From NCBI GenBank assembly GCA_045837725.1, contig JBEWZL010000163.1, forward strand, positions 496,001 to 560,000: 64,000 nucleotides of DNA, in the 5' to 3' direction. This document shows positions 61,559-64,000 of this stretch, one piece after another. The notes under the pieces are model-generated. The model had not been told where the DNA came from. It saw only the letters and a program-made list of their open reading frames with translations, and made no database searches. The first letter of the stretch is position 1; each line of letters opens with the position of its first letter. The position numbers and the translations under genes are program-made. Source of the stretch: Vermamoeba vermiformis (taxonomy: Eukaryota).

Positions 61559-63060
61559 ATGAAGAAAGGAACTCCTCAGGTATGTTTAGCTTTATATGAC
61601 ACTGTGGAAACGCGTTATTACGTTCGCGATCGAATCCCAATTATTTCGGTTCACTAAATTATTTTATTATTTGAATAGGCAAAGCAACCTCAAAAGAACG
61701 TTAAAACAGTCGGTAAGATATCAAAATTAATATCTGGTTTTTGGATTTGACGATCGCGATCTAATTCCGAATTTTAACAGTTGAAGACAAAGACGAAGAA
61801 AGCGAAGACGACTTTTTATTGCTAAAAAAATCCAGTAATAATAACACTGCACCAGTTAATAATAATAACAAAAAAAGAAAATTAAACGATTTGCTCGACG
61901 ATCAAGAGGAAGATCAAGACGAGAATCAAGACGACGAACAATTCGACGATGAAGATAATGAAGGAGGTGATATGGAAGGCGAAGGTGACCAAGATAATGA
62001 CAATTCCAAGTCAGAAGAAACCAGCGTAGATCGCGAAGCCAGACGTCAAAAGCGGATCGAGAATCTGAAAATGTTGAAAGAAATGAATTCGCGCACAGTA
62101 TTTGTTGGTCGATTACCTCGAAATGCAAGACAAGAAGAAGTTAAAGCCTTATTTGAAGAATGTGGTAGCATCGAGTAAGTGAATTTTTTAGATCTCGCGA
62201 TCCACCATGTTTGCAGCATTAGCACTCAGAACCCAACTCTCTCACATCGCTCATACATTAACCTATTGTTATAGGACCGTGTCTCTATTGAAATTCAGTG
62301 ATACTGGTAAACCCACTGGTGCTGGCTTTGTGCGCTTTGTGGATGCAAGTTCAGTCGAGAAGGTAGGAAAAAAATCAAGCTTACATAATCCTAACATTGA
62401 ATTAATACCATTACATCCTTTTATCAATGCCCAGTGTTCGTTTATACTAAGATATTACTCATACTAGGCCTTGGCAAAGAACGGAGTTAGTTTCAAGGGC
62501 GCTAATATTACTGTAAATAAATCCGAACAAAAACCGCCCAGAGAACAAAAAGGCAAAAAGAGCAAATTCAACGACACGACTACCCTTTATATCGGTAAGT
62601 ACTATATTCATAATCAATACTACGATATAGTGCAAGTGTCGCTAATATCTGATGACAGGCAATATCCCGTTTGAAGTTACTACACAAGCCTTACTTAAGA
62701 GATTTAAACACTGTGGCACCGTGATGCGAATTGACATTCCTAAATTGAAAGCTAACGGAAAATCAAGAGGGTAAGCATTATTAAATCTACGGCAAACCTT
62801 CGCGTGACGACATGTTTGACGCATAATTGCAACAATAGTAGCTAATATTAAAATACAGATTTGCTATGATTCAGTTCCAGGACCCGGCTGCAGTAGAAAA
62901 GGCATTGAAATTGGACGGCAGTGACATTAGTGGCAGAAAAATTAAAGTCCGAACAGTCGAGAAGAAAGACCACCAACAAAACGACAACAAAAAGAAAAAG
63001 AAGACTGGTTCGTGGGAGAAATCTAAGAAGCGAAAATTGTCTACACCTGATGACGAATAA
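61559..63060 (+). CDS. Nucleolar-type RNA-binding protein with acidic N-terminus and two RRMs
   Basis: D/E-rich N-region, RNP motifs TVFVGRLP / GAGFVRF and TLYIGNIPF / RGFAMIQF, Lys-rich tail. Confidence 0.85.
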
Positions 63061-63319
63061 TAATCTAACCCTCGTACTATAAAGCAAACTTTTTCTAACT
63101 GATCCTCGTTCTTGTAGCAAGATCTGCAGCAGAGCGATTGCTTCAGGAGTCTTAATGGCTTTTTTACAATCTGAATGGACGGTAATCTCACCTTATGTCG
63201 TATTTGATCACGAGATTTAAAAATGAACGTATCTTTATGTAACAAAGGTGTTGATTTGATGCGTACCCTCGTCGATCAAATCAAGTACAAAATTCGACTA
63301 CAAGCTCTGTGTGAATTGT

Positions 63320-64000
63320 TTAGCACGAGCCATTGACAACAGGAACACGTGTCGCTGAGTCGATGAGTGAAGGTGCCAAAGTACCACAGTCTTGATCGTT
63401 AAAGTACATGTCCCAACCAGGCACATCCGCGCCCGCCATTTCCTCAGTTACATGCTCAGCAGGACTTAACTGTCCTTGTGAGTGGAATGCGTAACTCTCG
63501 GCTTGAGAAGAATTCGTTTCATATTGCCCTTCAATCTCTTCAGTAGCGTCATGCACCCCACCGAGAAACATGTCAGTGACAGGAGACTGCTGGTCTTCGT
63601 ACATGTTGTACGAGGTGGTATAAAGGGGCGTCATGTAGGCACTGTACTCGTGTTGTGGCACTGTTGCGTATGAATGATAGGGGCCAGAGACGTACTGTGC
63701 AGCATTAAACTGAGGTCGGTACTGAGGTGCTGCATAGTAGTCTTGTCTTAAAGGCTGAAGCCTCGAAGCAAATCGAGGGTCATTGAGCAATGATGGATCC
63801 GCGATAAGCTCCTTAGCTTCAGACACGCTCATTCCACGAGCCTTCAATCCGTCTTGTAATGCTCCCAACAAGCGACCAGTGCATCTGAAGTACTGAGCTC
63901 GATTAGCGCCTTGGATCTCTTCAATATGGCCGCGCAACAGTTGATCAAACCATTCTTCGCCTTCGTACCGCTCTTTGCGGGCAGTTGGATCTGTCTGCGA
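63320..64000 (-). CDS. C-terminal part of an unknown protein (5' end outside window)
   Basis: Frame open to the window edge (...ARKERYEGEEWFDQLLRGHIEEIQ...); Y/Q/P-rich then acidic low-complexity tail. Confidence 0.6.
   Translation of the reverse strand, partial: SQTDPTARKERYEGEEWFDQLLRGHIEEIQGANRAQYFRCTGRLLGALQDGLKARGMSVSEAKELIADPSLLNDPRFASRLQPLRQDYYAAPQYRPQFNAAQYVSGPYHSYATVPQHEYSAYMTPLYTTSYNMYEDQQSPVTDMFLGGVHDATEEIEGQYETNSSQAESYAFHSQGQLSPAEHVTEEMAGADVPGWDMYFNDQDCGTLAPSLIDSATRVPVVNGSC

Noticed and set aside
1-64000. CRISPR arrays, rRNA/tRNA genes, transposase or reverse transcriptase genes, prokaryotic operons
   Set aside because: None recognised by eye. The sequence is spliced eukaryotic DNA; a tRNAscan/Rfam run would be needed to exclude small RNAs.

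Overview
Gene-dense, intron-rich eukaryotic nuclear DNA with the standard code, GT-AG introns mostly 45-300 nt, and CTAAC/TTAAC-like branch points. Gene content suggests an amoebozoan-type protist (inference only). About 28 spliced or intronless protein genes were reconstructed by eye, including: cobalamin-dependent MetH, ICT1, a stand-alone LRR1/PIF1-type PH protein, a very large kinase-pseudophosphatase, a KCTD/BTB protein, an ARM protein, two SNAREs, several GPI-type surface proteins, Hsp10, VPS52, Fes1/HSPBP1, GPC1, a BAR-RhoGAP, a serpin, p47/UBX, a TauD-family dioxygenase and an RRM protein. Highlights: (1) a head-to-head AAE3/Pcs60-type oxalate-CoA ligase + HACL/oxalyl-CoA decarboxylase pair followed by a fatty-acid 2-hydroxylase, a candidate eukaryotic metabolic gene cluster; (2) a secreted 197-aa protein with 133 consecutive serines, missed by the ORF track; (3) two 5'-truncated genes fused back-to-back at a GATC; (4) a serpin with an intron-split start codon, myristoylation motif and acidic reactive loop; (5) recurrent GATC(CG) words in introns and a dispersed TTTGACnGTCAAA palindrome. 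Spliced CDS coordinates are start-to-stop spans including introns, and exon boundaries are manual. No rRNA, tRNA, CRISPR array or intact transposon was recognised.
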